Source of the DNA: an uncultured Acidimicrobiia bacterium
Lineage (GTDB): Bacteria > Actinomycetota > Acidimicrobiia > Acidimicrobiales > AC-14
Assembly: GCA_963836205.1 (NCBI GenBank)
Contig: CAWIIV010000017.1
Span: 196,936 to 260,935 of the forward strand
Direction of reading: 5' to 3'
DNA length: 64,000 nucleotides
In this document: in pieces, positions 63,639 through 64,000 of the stretch
How the letters are laid out: every line of letters begins with the position of its first letter
Position numbering within the stretch: the stretch's first letter is position 1
The notes under the pieces: generated by a model
Seen by the model: the letters and a program-made list of their open reading frames with translations, nothing else
Databases searched by the model: none
Told to the model about the DNA's origin: nothing
Position numbers and translations under genes: made by a program

Positions 63639-63655
63639 GTCTCCTCGGGCCTCGC

Positions 63656-63880
63656 CTACTTGTAGCGGTACGTGATTCGGCCCCGACTGATGTCGTAGGG
63701 CGTGAGCTCAACCTGGACCCGGTCGCCGGGCAGGATGCGGATGTAGTGCATGCGCATCTTCCCGGAGATGTGGGCCAGCACCTTGTGGCCGTTCTCCAGC
63801 TCCACGCGGAACATGGCGTTGGGCAAAGGCTCGACGACCTTGCCCTCCATCACGATCGCGTCTTCCTTGGGCTTGGGCAG
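63656..63880 (-). CDS. infA: Translation initiation factor IF-1 (apparent CTG start)
   Basis: [36 protein letters not shown]; AGGAGG SD 5 nt before CTG 63880. Confidence 0.97.
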   Translation of the reverse strand: MPKPKEDAIVMEGKVVEPLPNAMFRVELENGHKVLAHISGKMRMHYIRILPGDRVQVELTPYDISRGRITYRYK

Positions 63881-64000
63881 GTGATCCTCCTGAAACAGAA
63901 CGGGCACCCCGGGACGCGCGCCGGATACCAGCGCGCCAGGCACTCAGAAGCGTGCCCGGGGACAGTCGAAAATCTTACCGCACTCCGCCAGGGGGAGAAA

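Overview
High-GC actinobacterial chromosome segment. Gene content and order suggest class Acidimicrobiia (inference). It is mostly core housekeeping: sigE/anti-sigma/MucB-RseB-like, tatA, two whiB genes, an AAA+ ATPase/vWA pair, sdhAB, mdh-icd-folD-purH-sucDC, pcrA, guaA/guaB3, groES-groEL with a perfect CIRCE, the tsaD-rimI-tsaB-tsaE-udg-alr-nnr-acpS-glmS-glmM block, and the rpsI-rplM-truA-rplQ-rpoA-rpsDKM-rpmJ-infA ribosomal cluster. Accessory or unusual items: (1) a 351-aa intein in PcrA whose insert lacks LAGLIDADG motifs and looks GIY-YIG/T5orf172-like; (2) an IS1182-type element inserted into the CTAG of the putative icd -10 box, plus an 11-bp duplication frameshifting icd; (3) a solute-binding lipoprotein coupled to a HisKA_3 kinase with no ABC permeases, a convergent NarL-type regulator, a shared palindromic operator and an intervening Phd-VapC module; (4) apparent CUG start codons for infA and glmM; (5) small ORFs missed by the ORF track; (6) an S8 protease/collagen-like islet; (7) several REP-like palindromes and tandem repeats. 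Several single-base frameshifts, two in G/C homopolymers and one in normally essential tsaB, suggest residual sequencing or assembly errors. All family calls are from motif recognition by eye, with no database search run.
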